DNA of 64,000 nucleotides from Antedon mediterranea (lineage: Eukaryota; Animalia; Echinodermata): contig NC_092670.1 of assembly GCF_964355755.1 (NCBI RefSeq), positions 29,376,388 to 29,440,387 on the forward strand, written 5' to 3'. Within the stretch, counting starts at the first letter, position 1; each line of letters starts with the position of its first letter. Below are positions 27,790 to 42,700 of this stretch, piece after piece. The notes below the pieces were generated by a model. The model was not told where the DNA came from and did no database searches. It was given only the letters and a program-made list of their open reading frames with translations. The translations under genes were made by a program, and so were the position numbers.

Positions 27790-30700
27790 TCAATTTTGTT
27801 CCTACTTAATAAAAAGAATCGGAGCAACACCTCTGATTCAGTTGTTGAAATTAATTGTCAACTTTCCGAAGGAGAGAAAAAACTTCTTTCCCGAGGACTT
27901 AAATTCTGCCCAAAACCAAGGAAGGTCGGTGCACACCAACTATATGTTGTATATGGAGTCTTTCTCTAGAAGATTACGATTACGTGAATATTTTGCTGAT
28001 TCAGACAGCAGCACCACGCAAAACGAAGGCAACGTTAGCAAATTTAAACCAAAAAGTTCCTGGAATCCACCTAAAAATTATTGTCAAGCTTTAGAAACAT
28101 TTATTCAGGCTATTGGGGACCATGTACAAAACTACGTCCCGAGTCCAGATAAACGTGACAATCTCTCAAAACAAGAGAGGCAGGGCATTGCCAAATTGCG
28201 TCAGCATAATGATATCATCATTAAACCCGCTGATTGATACAGGTTCTGCCAGTGTTGCTATGGACAACAAATTTTATGTAGAGGAGTTCTTAAGACAGCT
28301 AAACAATCCTCTTCATTATCGTAAACTTACAACGGATCCCACCCTGGAAATTGCGGATAAGGTGGCCAAATCTGTTTCTGTGATGGTAAAAAAACACTCC
28401 ATCAATCCGAAGATTGGGCCTTATTTGGCACTGGTTAATCCAGTTCCAGGCAGATTTTATTTCCTACCTAAAATCCACAAAGCAGGCAATCCTGGTAGAC
28501 CCATTATTTCGGGCAATGGCACTGCTACAGAGAAAATTTCTGAATATGTGGATGATTTACTTAGACCATAGTGACTGATCTCCCTTCATACATTCAGGAC
28601 TCCACTGACTTTATCCGCAAAATTAACCAAATCCAAAATTTAACTAATAATTCTGTTCTGGCCACATTAGATGTTTTATCGTTGTTTACTAATATCCCTC
28701 ATGAAGAAGGAGCCGACCAGAATTTAAGTTTCAATATTAATCACCATTTAAGCTGTTTTTAGTTTCATTCCAAAATTGTTTATATCTCTACCAAGCTACC
28801 TTCTTTGTTTTCTACTCTTATTCAGTCTCCACCCACCATTTAACACCCTGTCTCCTTTTGTTGTATTTCTTTCTTTAATTCCTGTCCACCCAGGCAGCAC
28901 CTGCCAGTTCTTATGCTATGAGGTTATCCAAATTCCTTCACTTGCACCTGATGAAGGGCTAGTGTTGCCCGAAAGCTCTGCTAACTTTTCTGGCCACTGA
29001 TATCCACAGCATTTAATTTTGTTAGTAATTTGGATTTATATATATGCTCAAAGGAATGTCCTACTGTTTTGTTTACCTTGTTTTGAATTCCATACTATTT
29101 GCACAATGCATAAGTAGAATTTCAACTTTATTTTGATCAGCTTTGATCATTGATTCCAAAGGTTTGGGTTGGTTCTCAGTTGGTAAACATCCAACTATCC
29201 ATGATTCAAAGAACGAATCGTTCTTGTCCAACACCATCTAGGAAAAAAAAAAGAAAGAATGCCTTATTCCCACTATAAGTAATTTTATAGTAGTATCAAC
29301 AATTTGGAAAAAAATAGGGAATCATGAATAAAGGGTATAATTGGAATAATCTGTGGCATTCACTATAGAAGGTTCTTATTACAGGGCTAGGATCTGATAT
29401 CAGTGTTGTGAACGGTGCCCGCTGCGTAAACGGACCACCCCTCCGACCCGATAGTTTGATTTGCATACAGGGGGTATGCAAATGTTAACGTGGGACATCG
29501 ACGCCGCCCGAACCGGTCTATTTGAAGCAGGAACTGAAGAAAAACGGACATACCGAACTTGACCAATATATTTGGATTTGCTGCTTTCGGATACTTGTGT
29601 GGTTTAGGACAAGCGGGACTGACTAAGGTAAGCCTAGTAGCTTTAATTATCAGGCCATTCCAGCACCCACCTAAAATCACAACATTGGCGCTGTGAGCAA
29701 AAGCTCGGAATATTTCTTTTTTGGAGAGGCGGGAACCTTCATTGCTTGGCATTCTTAACGTGATCGGGTCGATCGCGAAGTATTTCGTCCTCCGAAACCT
29801 ACTCACTTATTGTACTTACGGTGCATTTTGTTAGTTTATTGAAGTTGGTATATTTATTGAAGGTATAACATACCGGTAAAGTGAATCACGCAGTATTGTG
29901 GGCATTTGGATGCTTGCTGATTAGCGTATCGACGAGGTAGTCGATACGTACCGGGAGTTGTATTTTTTGGTTATAGTTGAAGTATTAGTCGGCAGTTTCT
30001 TAGGCCGTATCACCTAGTGGGATACTAGGCGTGGCCGTTGAACTGAGTGGCACCACTAATTTTTATCTTGATTGTTTTTTATTGATAACATCTTTTCGTC
30101 CGTTAGTCGGGTTTTTTACCTTGAAAAAGTATACTGACTATACGTATTATATTGTGTTAACCTCACAGTGGCATTATCGCTCTCCTTTCTTGCATCGGGG
30201 GAAGGTTTAGTGGTAAGTGTTGTTAACTGTATTGACGTCTTTTTTAATAATCTAGTTTCTTTTCATTGCAGGGTTGCTGGTGAAATATTTTAACTATATT
30301 TGAATCTCCAACAGCCATTTTGCAATATTGTGTGTGTGTTACTGCATTGACGATATTTTATTATACTGTTGTGCTTGTAATTTTTACTACGTCGTCTATC
30401 AGTATTTTAATTTGTATCGTACGCTTTGCTTAATAACATTTGTCATACACTGTAACTAGATTTAGAAGCATAACAACCCAATAGAAGAGAGACCATTTTT
30501 AGATCATGTCGTCTATTAAGGTTCTAGTCATTTTTTTTTCTTTATGGAGTCCCTAATGTAGGGAAGAAACGAGCAAATAGAATCATTAAATGGCAGGCTA
30601 CCCATGACAATATTACGTCTTCTAATATTCACCAGATACACGGAGTAGCCGGTACTGCCAGGTTAGTTGACTACCTGGATTTTCAACCGAATCCGAGTTT

Positions 30701-33700
30701 AGGTGGAGGCGTAGGCCAAATGATTGATAATGTGTCACCTTTAGTGGAAAAACAGAATAGAGCGGCCAGAAGGGGGTCGCAGGTCTCACAACCTGTAGAT
30801 ATGGAAGGGGCCTACCTGGTGCAAAATGACGGGGCCCATAGTGGTCAGTACCACGTCCTCTCATCGCCTCAGGCTACTCCTCTATTAGACGTACCAGGTA
30901 CATATTATATATACGGCAGGACCTGCTAGTGATCCTCGGCATCTCGAAGGTGGGCTTATATGCCGTCCACATCCGCTGGGCGTTCTGACCAGGATAGAAG
31001 TAAGAGTAGGTCACAACGGAGGAGCTACATCAAAAAGCCATCTCCAATAACCTTAGATTCGTGTTTTAGCTCTAGGGAGGACGAGGAGGAAAGACTCCCC
31101 AGGAGACTATCTAAAACCGCTAGGTCTAAAACCGCTAGGTCTAAAACTAGGGCTCGCCATCGATCTCCATCGACCAGCGATAGTGACCTTAGTAGAGATG
31201 GTACTGATACTGATAGTAGCAGGAGTAGAGAATCTGATAGACATAGTGCAGAGGCTAGGACAGCAGTGGAGTGTCTTAGGACTACCCCGAGAACTGGGCA
31301 CTATGGCTGACAGTGTCTTTTAGAACGTAGGAGGATGCGTAAAAAAGATATACCTAGGTCTCTAACTTTTAGGGGTAGATGAGCAGGAACTCACAAACCG
31401 TGAAAGTAAGGACATCCTTACTTGGTGTTTAGACGGGGCGGCGGCTGAGTTCTACGTGAATCTAATAAAAATGGATGCTCATATGGGCTTTAGGCAAATC
31501 ATTAAAAGCTTTCAACCGACGCTTTAATGAGGACAAGCTCCCCGCAGTCCTCCAAGCAAAATTAGAGACCGCTACGCAATACGAGGGAGAAACTATAGAG
31601 GAATGGGGAGATAGAGTGCTAACCCTGACTAGAAAGGCGTTTAAGGATCTGCCCAAGGAGTGAATCTAGGAGCAGGCCGTAGTGAGGTTTTGTATTGGGT
31701 GCAGGGACGCAGAAGTAGTGAGGCACGTTCTGCACAAGCACTGTTCTACTATCCCCAGAGCCATTAGGGAGTTTGAAAAATAGTTATAGGGGACTATAGT
31801 AAACGTAAGAGTAAGGTTAAGGATACCGTGAAACCTCATGTTAGGTCCACGGTCCGTACTTCTTTTGCACCCCCACAAGACCAGGATGATACCGAGGGTG
31901 AAACTGGCGATGCAGGTGCGAGGAAGGCCTATAAGAGGGAACCGTGTAACGTTCCAGAGGCCAGCACCAGCTCGGGGTCCTCCGGAACCCGTACCTACTG
32001 ACAGCCAGAACCAGTCTCGAACTATGACATCGGTGCCACCCACCAACAATACTCCTACTACGGAGGCCCGTTTGGCCGCTGTGGAGAGTAATTTCCAGAC
32101 GTTGAACACCAATCTGGGACAGGTGGAGAACACCGTGAACACGGAGATTGCCGCCATGCGGAGTCAACTGGATCAGCTCATGTGTTTCATGAGACCGGGC
32201 GAAGCAGCTTGCTTTGAATGTAAGGAGGTGGGACATTTCCACGTCAGGTTAGCGGCAATGAGCAGGATACGTTAAACGAGTAGGGGTTGGGTCAAAGGGT
32301 TGACGACCTAACCCGGTTCCGGCCAGGAAGATGATGGCTCGTCAACTACCTCCAAGCTAGGCCTGATGGCCAAGCCTGTAAATACAGAGGTAAAATCGTT
32401 GAATGCACTGCATGCAACTGCTTTTGTAAATGGTACAAAGATTGACGCAGTCGTGGACACTGCAGCGGATTTACTATACTATCCGATAAGGTTTATAAAA
32501 GTCTAGATCCGGCACCACCTGTGGTGTCCACCATGTCCTTTACTTTGGCAGGGAGGAGGACATCTATGCCAGGTTCGAAGGTGGGGCCTCTACAGTTTAC
32601 ATTGGGAACCAAAGAGTACCATGAATTCTTTTATGTTGCCCCCATCAACGACGATATGCTCTTGGGTGGTGATTTTCTTCATCCACAGGGAGCCGTTATC
32701 GATTGTGATTATTTGCTTCTGGCAATTGGGGGCAGTACCATATCCCTAAGAGGGAATTCACCGGTAGAACCTAGGGTTGCCCAGGTAACAGTGGCTAAAC
32801 AGAGAGTCACTCAGTCGCTCATGTTAAATGTAAACTTGTGACAATTTGTCTATGCCTGATTTCTTTATAGAGCCAGTTTCAACTACTGACGAGGTGGCGA
32901 TACCGTCAACTTTACATCTACGCACTGATGCGCCATGCATCTGTGTCATCAACGCATCTGACCACTACCTCACCATGAAAAAGGGTAGACAGATAGGTAC
33001 GGTAAGTGAAGCTGAAGGGGTGAGTGTGTTCAAGACGGAGGCGACTCCGACCGATGATGCTTTGTTGAACCAAGCGGACGATGATGGTAACCAGCCTCAG
33101 GGGGTGCCGGCGCACCTAGTGGGCATGTTGGACTCTTCGAGATCTAATCTCTCAATTGAAGAGGCTGATGCGCTCACTAAGCTATTGGCTATTGGCTATT
33201 GGCTATTACCAGGATGTCTTCGCCGCTCATCAATTCGACATTGGCACCTTTGGTGATATTGAACACAGCATCGACACTGGGGATGCCTCACCAATTAGGC
33301 AACGGCTCCGCCATACTCCTCTGCGCTTTGCGGGGGAAGAAGAGAAGGAGATAAAGAAGATGTTGGAGGCTGGTGTTATTCAACCATCCATGTCCGAGTG
33401 GGCATCCCCTCCTGTGTTGGTCCGGAAGCGCGATGGTTCTGTGCGCTTTTGCATTGACTATCGAGCTCTCAACAACATCACCACGAAAGATGCGTATTCA
33501 TTACCTCTGATTCGTGATTGCCTTGACACACTGTCGGGGAATATCTGGTTTTCTAAACTGGACGCGATTTGGGGGTACTGGCAGATTAATATGAAGGAGG
33601 AAGACCGTAGAAAGACAGCGTTTATTACCAAGCATGGCCTGTATGAATTCGTTAAAATGCCATTTGGTCTTACCAATTATCCTGCAACTTTCTCCCGTGC

Positions 33701-36700
33701 CATGGGTTTGGTGCTTCGGGGATTGGCTCGGGATATTGTATTGGCATTTTTTCGATGACAATGTCGTGCTAGGTAAAACGTCCGAAGATCATCTCAGCAA
33801 CCTCTCTCAGGTTCTGCAACGATCTCGTATTAACAACTTTAAACTTAAACCTAAAAAGTGTGTTTTCTTTCAGAAACAGGTTGAATTTTTAGGGCGAATC
33901 GTTGGTGAGGATACTGTGGCGGTGTCTGATTCGGATATAAAGGTTGTTCAGGACTGGTCGACACCTAGAGCCAGTATTCATGGTGAGCCTACCAATCTGA
34001 GAGAAGTACAGCAGTTCTTGGGGTTGGCTAACTACCATAGAGAGTTCATTGAGAACTTTGCTGGTTTAGCTGCACCTCTATATGAACTAACTAAAGAAGG
34101 GGTGAAGTTTCACTGGGATGATGAACAACAACAAGCGTTCACTGGCCTTAAAGCTGCTCTCGTCCAACCTCCTCTGCTCGCCTTGCCAAAAGAGACTGAT
34201 GAATTTATTCTGGATGTCGACGCTTCGGATCAAGCGCTAGGAGGCGAGCTGCTCCAGGTACATGGAGGTGAAGAGAAGGTAATTGCGTATGCAAGTGCCC
34301 GTCTAACTCATGAACAACGGAACTATTGCACTACACGCAAGGAGTTGCTAGCAATTGTGTTCATGACAAGGCATTTCAGGCACTACCTTCTAGGCAGACC
34401 ATTTACAGTGCGGACCGATCACAACAGCCTGACCTGGCTCCTCAACTTCAAGCAACCACAAAGGCAACTTGCTCGGTGGATTGAGGAGCTGAGCCAGTAC
34501 CACCTGCTGATTGAACACCGCCGAGGACAACACCATGGCAACGCCGATGCTCTTTCTCACCAACCAGAAACTCATGACGGTAGCCACGAACGGCCTGCGC
34601 TTGAGGGGCTTCCCTGTGGGGGCTGTTTGTACTGTCAACGAGCAAATGCAAGATGGTCAGCATTCCAGGATGAAGTAGACGACGTTGTGCCCATAGCTCA
34701 CGTACATCAAGTAGCCGTGGACCACCCGGGTGGACCCTACCAGGGGACGATGTTCCTTGGGACCCCGGTGGACAAGTAAGTATAGAGGTATCACGGACTG
34801 CTACTAACGGTACAATTCAGTTTTCTTTTCTACAGAACGACGACAGTGGACGAGTGGCTGCAGTACAGCTACGCTCGACGGGAGCAGAGTGTTGGGGTTA
34901 CTCACTGGATGAGCTAAGGCAACACCAAACGAGTGATCCTGACTTGGCACCCGTTCTGGACTGGGTGCAGAATGGGGAACCCTCTGAGAATCAGCTGTTT
35001 ATCTCCAGCGCTGCCACCAAACACTACTGGCTGAACAGGCAACGCCTGTATCTCACGGAAGCAGGTATACTGTTCATTAACCAAGCAGAGGGTACCGGAC
35101 GACTACTTGTGTTGCCCAAGGAGCTACACGCCGTATCTTTTAGGTTACATCATGATTTGCCATCGGCAGGTCATCAAGGGGTTGCCCGCACCAAGTTCTG
35201 ATTGAAGGAGAAGTTTTTCTGGTACGGTATGAGCGGGGATATACAGAGGTATGTACAGACTTGCAATATTTGTAATAGAAGCAAGAATGCCACTCGGCAA
35301 GGTCGACACCGGTTGGCCGGCGTTCCATAGGAACGCGTACATATCGATTTCCTCGGCCCGTTACCAAAAACTGAACAGGGAAACATCTACATTCTTATGA
35401 TGGTCGACCAATTCACAAAATGGGTTGAAATTAGCCCGCTCCCGTCTCAAGTTGCGGAGGTAACCGCTAGAGCCCTAGTAAGGAACTTTTTCTCTAGATT
35501 CGGTGTACCTTTTCAGTTACACTCAGACCAGGGGAGAAATGTGAAGTGAATTGTTTGCATCTTTATGTAAAGTTTTACAGATCCACAAGACCCGGACGAC
35601 AAGCTACCGACCGGCGGCTAATGGTTAAGTAGAGCGATTTAATCGCCCACTAATGGATGCTGTACGATGCTTCGTTGGGAAGAGACAGCGGGACTGGGAT
35701 GTCTATCTGCCGCAGAATGCTGGTGCACTACGTGCCACGGTGAACCGCTCGACCGGTTTTACTCCGAACATGCTGATGCTGGGCCGAAAGGTCAACTCAC
35801 CAGCTGATCTTGTTTGGAGAATGCAGATCCTCTGATGAGCAGGAGGTAGCCACCTATGTCGCAGATTTGGTGAAAGCGATCCGTGATGCACATGGCGTCG
35901 CTAGGGAAACGCTAAAGCAAACTCAGAAGAGAATGAAACGGGACTATGATCTGCGAGTACTGGAGCGTCCATACCAATGTGGGGACAAAGTCTACGTTCT
36001 TGACAACGCTACCCCTCCGGGAAAGCGCAAGAAGTTGAAGGGGCCCGGTATTATTACTAAGATATGGATCAGTTGCCGTTCGCTGAGGGAAGTAAGACAG
36101 GTTTCTGAAATGGAGGAAGATGTGCTCCTGGCTAGTCCGGGTGCACAGGAGTAATCGACCCCGAAGGAGGAAGCAGCGGCTGGAGATACGGGAGGGGCTT
36201 GCCCAGCGGCGAGTACCCCAGCCAAGCGAACGAAGCGGAAACCAACCTGTCATCTGGGATGTGGTCCAGTGGATAACATGCGAGTCCATGTCATGAAGAC
36301 GCATGCCCAGGTATGTTTTCGACCACTGGAACGAAGTTCCCGGCGGAGGGCACCAGTGCAGTGGCGGGCACTCAGCAGTTTGGCAGCGGAGGGCCTTGGT
36401 AAAGGCAGGACACCGGAGGACTTGAGATGCTGTCTCAACGCCCGGGCTCTAATGGGGGATGGAACTGACGTCTATAGACAAGTTCTATTTCCTCTGAAAT
36501 ATGGTGTAAGAAGCATTTTTGGGTAGAAGCTGGGATCCACTTGATTTAGGATATTTCGACCTCGCTGATTACGAATATGGCGGATCCCAAGCGAAATTCG
36601 GCCATCTAAGCCCTTTATTTGCATAATTAAAAATGGCGGCCATTTTTTATAATTACCCTATATCTCGAGAACCACTAGTCACAGATAATTAATTTTGGTC

Positions 36701-39700
36701 TCAAAATGTTTTAAATATATGTTTTTATATTCACTTTAATGACACATTTTCTCAAAAAATGGATGCAAGTCTTATTTCTGACATTTTGACCTTTGACCTT
36801 GATTTATCGTATCTCAGTAACCAATAATCGGAGAGACACGAAATAGGGCTCAAATTGTTCAGAAACTATACATTCATATTTATTGTAATGAAATGTTTTT
36901 ACAAAAAATGGCCGATTCTACATCTATTGACCTTTGAACTATTATTCAAATATAATAATATAATAATAATATAACTTTGAAAATTGTGGTCTTATGAATT
37001 TTTTTTTCTTTTTAAATTGTTTAAAACATGTGTGTTTCTATCCAGTCTAATGGCACATTTTGTACAAGAATGGCCGATAGTATGGTTGTTGACCTTTAAA
37101 CTACAGCATAGGCCTACTGTATACTGAATATAATATAATTGCATAACTATGAAATTATTTATACACAATAATAATTAGTAAAATTATTAAATTCACTGCC
37201 ATCAAATATGATGTGTTATGATTTATATAGATTTAAAAAAAAAATTGAACACGCAAGTTACATTTGTTGAAATTTGAAATTTGAAATTACCTGCCATCAA
37301 TATGATGGAGTATGATTATAGATTTTTAAAAATGTGAACATGTCAGCTACATTTGGAAATTACCTGCCATCAATATGATGGATTATGATTATAGATTTAA
37401 AAAAGAATTTGAACACGTAAGCTTCATTTGAAAATTACCTGCCATCTATATGATGGATTATGATTGTAGATTTAAAAAAGAATTTGAACACGTCAGCTAC
37501 ATTCGGGAATTTGGAAATTACCTGCCATCAATATGATGGATTATGATTGTATAGTACCTGCCATCAATATGATGGATTATGATTATAGATTTAAAAAAGA
37601 ATTTGAACACGTCAGCTACATTTGGAAATTTGGAAATTACCTGCCATCAATATGATGGATTATGATTGTATAGGTTTGAAAGAAAATGTGAACACGTAAG
37701 CTACATTTGGAATCAACATGTTAAGGGCATCGGTTTTGATCATTCATGCAAAGGTTTCCGTCATCTTTAGCGTGGTTACAGCAGCATAAAGCTGTACATG
37801 GTAGTTTTGACTTCTTGCACCTACATCTATATGGTTATGCATCGTGTCTTGCATTCACAATAAATCATCTCTAACGAAGCAGTAGGAATAGCTTCATTTT
37901 TCAGAAGCACTGGTTGAAGTTTACCATTAGATAGCTCCCAACCAAAATCTGTTGGTGATGGCAAATGCTGGATTGGCGATACAGCTGTTTTCAATACGAG
38001 TGCTTGGAAGTGTGCTCTTTTTATATGCTGGTGCACTGCATCGCTTGTTGGAGGTAATGCCCGGTTTTGGTTTTTTTTAAACATGGCATGCCTAACTTAA
38101 AACTGTCGATAAAGTACACCACCAGACAAAGATAAACCAAAACACAGAGACCAATTCGTCGAATTATAGAAAGTGGTGAAATACCGCTGCCAAACTTTTT
38201 GGCATTACAAGATAATAAAGCAGATCTGGCACGATTTCTATCAGAGGAGTTGATTCGTCAAGCTCCTATAGACAAAGAAATTGTCACAGCTGGTGGATTT
38301 ATGAAAGAATCAGTTGTTAAATCATCAAAAGTCTACACGAATAATACGTTGTCTCTGGTCGCAGATCATGAAGAATCGGACACGAGACTTGTCATGCTGC
38401 CAATGTCCGATACGACACAGTTGTAGTTGCTTCTAGGGTTGATACAGACGTAATAGTGATTCTAGTGTCTCACTACCAAAGCATGGTATCCAAATGGATG
38501 ATGACAGGTACATCCAAAAAAGAAAGTATCTATAAAAGACATTTTTCAAGCCTTGCCCGAGGGTTCTGCAAAAGCACTGATTCCATTCCACACTATTAGT
38601 GGATGCGATACTACCTCATATCCAGGGAAGAGTTAAATTACATTAATACATACAAACAGTAATTTAACTCTTCCCTGCTCATATCTAAGTGGTTACTCAA
38701 AGGCATCGGCATGGGAAGTATTAAAAAAAATTATGAACTAATTAAAGATCTGGGAGAAAACCTATCAGTGACAAAGTTATTATGAAATCGGAAAGATTCA
38801 TTTGCTACGTTTACGGTGTTGGTCAAGTTAAAATTACCAATGAATTCCGGGCTTTAAAAAAAAACAGACAAAACCAGACGCATTACCTCCAACAAGCGAT
38901 GCAGTGCACCAACAAAAAAGAGCACTAGCACTAGAATCACTATTACGTCTGTATCATCCCTAGAAGCAACTACAACTGTGTCGTATCGGACATTGGCAGC
39001 ATGACAAGTCTCGTGTCCGATTCTTCATGATCTGCGACCAGAGACAACGTATTATTCGTGTAAACTTTTGATGATTTAACAACTGATTCTTTCATAAATC
39101 CACCAGCTGTGACAATTTCTTTGTCTATAGGAGCTTGACGAATCAACTCCTCTGATAGAAATCGTGCCAGATCTGCTTTACATTATCTTGTAATGCCAAA
39201 AAGTTTGGCAGCGGTATTTCACCACTTTCTATAATTCGACGAATTGGTCTCTGTGTTTTGGTTCATCTTTGTCTGGTGGTGTACTTTATCGACAGTTTTA
39301 AGTTAGGCATGCCATGTTTAAAAAAAACCAAAACCGGGCATTACCTCCAACAAGCGATGCAGTGCACCAGCATATAAAAAGAGCACACTTCCAAGCACTC
39401 GTATTGAAAACAGCTGTATCGCCAATCCAGCATTTGCCATCACCAACAGATTTTGGTTGGGAGCTATCTAATGGTAAACTTCAACCAGTGCTTCTGAAAA
39501 ATGAAGCTATTCCTACTGCTTCGTTAGAGATGATTTATTGTGAATGCAAGACACGATGCATAACTGTCATATTAAATGTTGTGATTCTCTGTGTTTAGAG
39601 AAGGATGCTTTAGACCAGGTCCGCCTTATTATTAGCCAATCAAAATCGTATAAATTTTGGAGGGAAAATGTTATCCTCCTCTGAAGCCTAAAATTTGCAT

Positions 39701-42700
39701 ATCCAGTATATAAGTGGAATGTAATAGATATTAGAGGAAAAGAGAGAATAAGATCAGAGTAGATAAACGGAAAGATGATAAAGAAAATATTAAGGCTTGA
39801 CTGGTAGTGGTAGAAAGATGTATTAATCGAATTACAAGGAATAAAAGTTCTAGTTGAGTTAAATATACTTTTTGTATGAGTTATCATTCTGTGACAGCTG
39901 TGTACGTCGCGTGGAAATATATACGCCTGAGAAAGCTCGGAACCAACTAAGATAAATTCACTACATGGTGGCAGCGGTGAAAATTTTTGTTTAAAGATAC
40001 ATGATTTAAGTATCTAGAAGAAGAAGAAGTGACAGTGCCTACTCTACGGGCCTGTTAAATCAGTAACCAAAAAGTTAAATGGTTACGAAGATCTGGATTC
40101 CTGACAGTTTTTATACCGTGCGTTGTTTGGATATTACAACGAAGAAGAAGTACTGTTGAGCTCAAGGTACCTACTCAAGACTGCTGGATATTCATCGGAG
40201 ATATATATTCACCGAGATCAGAAAAGAAGAAGACTGAAGTAACAGAAGAAAGCCCAGTAAATTTTGAGAAGATTTGCAAAGCTGACTTTGTAAACTATTT
40301 TTTTATTTCGAAAGTAAATTTTTGTACGGAGCGAACTTGGAACGTTGTTTGTGACTTTGAAGTAAATTAATGTCTTAGATTGTATTGCATTTAAAAATTT
40401 ATGTGGATTTCATATTTTTACATATCTGAATGGAATCAAGGTAATACAAATACTTTTATAACATATTTTGTATACATAAGTTTACATATTTCATTAGTAA
40501 ATTGTTATTAGCATGACAACTTTAAGATCGGGTAAAAATATAGATAAGACTATGTCAGACAAAGATACTAGGGAAGATATGGTTGACCAAGAAGAGGTTG
40601 ACCAAGTCAATGAAATATATGATAACATGGCTAGGGATATTAATTTGCCCGAAATACCCGGCGGTATGCCTAAAGATATGATGCTCGAATATTTTCGAAT
40701 GAAGTTCGAGGCCGAAAACAAAAAGTTAGAATACCAACAAGATATAGAGCTAAGGAAAATTGAATCACAAGAAAGAGTGAAAATGATGGAATTAGAAAAT
40801 AGGTCTAGCTACAGTAATGCTAGGAATATAGTAGATGAAATGAAGGTAAAGGTTCCTACTTTGAAGGAATCAGATGATATTGATATATATTTTAGAACAT
40901 TTGAACACTTGGCAGAAGCCACAGGTTGGGATAAGAATACGTGGTCCGCTAGGTTAGCACCTGAACTGTCTGGTAAAGCTAGGACAGCATATGCATCCTT
41001 AACCGTAAAAGAATGTGTAGATTATGATACCTTAAAGAAGGCAATCTTAGAAAAGTATGATGTGTCCGCAGAGACCTACAGATTTAAATTTAGAAATTCA
41101 AACAGAGTTAAAGATATGTCCATCAGGGAATGGCTGAATGAGCTCTCCCATTATTTAAAATGTTGGATGAAATGTGCTAATGTAAAAGAAGATGATGCTG
41201 CAGGCATTATTGAAATGATTATAATGGAACAGGCACTTGATAAAATGCCTGAAGATCTGAGGCTTTATCTTAGAGATAAACAAGTAAATAAGAGCTATGA
41301 TATGGCTATGATAGCCGATGATTATATAGCTAATAGAGGTGGCCGTGGCTATTGGAATGCCGTAAATTCTGAAAATAAGCCTACGTATTATAAGGGCCAA
41401 GAAAATAGTAAACCTAAGAATAGTACGACTCAGAATAACCCTGGAGCTAGGCAGCAAGGATACAATAGGTATCGCGGAAGGGGAGGCAAATTCCATAACT
41501 ATGGTAGAAATTTCCAACAGAGAGAACCTTCAAATGAATGGATTAATGGCCTATGCTTTAATTGTAAGAAGAAGGGACATAAAATAGGGGATTGTCCTAA
41601 GATGGTAGCAAAAGAAAAGACTAGTGACACTAAGAAGGGCCCGAATGTGAAAGATGGCTTAAGATGTGAAGAAATAAAACCAAATAGATGGGGAGGGTAA
41701 TGATTATCCCATTGTGTACTTAAGTAGAAAGTTATCTGTACATGAGCAGAGATATTCTGTGCCAGAAAAAGAGTGCCTCTCTATTGTTTGGGCTATCAAT
41801 AAACTTAAGTATTATCTGTATGGTTGTGAATTTCAAGTTCATACTGACCACCAGGCATTGAGATGGATGGACTCAATGAAGGGTGCCAATGTTAGACTTA
41901 TGAGATGGGCTCTGTATTTACAAGGATATAAATTTAAAGTTATTTACAAGAAAGGGTCATTAAATGGAAATGCAGATGGATTAAGCCGTGCATAAATATT
42001 ATAGAGGTGTTATTTGTAGATAGTTTATTGTAAAATGGTTTTAAATGTTAAATTTTTGGAAAGATTGACACAATCTTTTTCCCAAAAAGGGGAATGTCAT
42101 ATTAAATGTTGTGATTCTCTGTGTTTAGAGAAGGATGCTTTAGACCAGGTCCGCCTTATTATTAGCCAATCAAAATCGTATAAATTTTGGAGGGAAAATG
42201 TTATCCTCCTCTGAAGCCTAAAATTTGCATATCCAGTATATAAGTGGAATGTAATAGATATTAGAGGAAAAGAGAGAATAAGATCAGAGTAGATAAACGG
42301 AAAGATGATAAAGAAAATATTAAGGCTTGACTGGTAGTGGTAGAAAGATGTATTAATCGAATTACAAGGAATAAAAGTTCTAGTTGAGTTAAATATACTT
42401 TTTGTATGAGTTATCATTCTGTGACAGCTGTGTACGTCGCGTGGAGTTATATACGCCTGAGAAAGCTCGGAACCAACTAAAGATAAATTCACTACAATAA
42501 CCATATAGATGTAGGTGCAAGAAGTCAAAACTACCATGTACAGCTTTATGCTGCTGTAACCACGCTAAAGATGACGGAAACCTTTGCATGATGAATGATC
42601 AAAACTGATGCCCTTAACATGTTCATTCCAAATGTAGCTTACGTGTTCACATTTTCTTTCAAACCTATACAATCATAATCCATCATATTGATGGCAGGTA

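Larger units (their letters stand above)
39565..42496 (+). mobile_element. Internally deleted Gmr1-like LTR retrotransposon C (Gag only)
   Basis: LTRs 39565-39965 and 42095-42496 differ at about 3 positions by eye; TSD ataac; PBS tggtggcagcggtg (tRNA-Leu-like); PPT aaaaaggggaa. Confidence 0.93.

Noticed and set aside
29387-29806. Antisense ORFs repeated in LTRs (also 52377-52619, 39567-39887, 42097-42537)
   Set aside because: They recur only because LTRs are duplicated; no recognisable protein motifs
37190-37712. Regular repeat array resembling CRISPR (also 42625-43135 and 60822-61025)
   Set aside because: Units are tandem with no unique spacers, there are no cas genes, and the context is a eukaryotic intron
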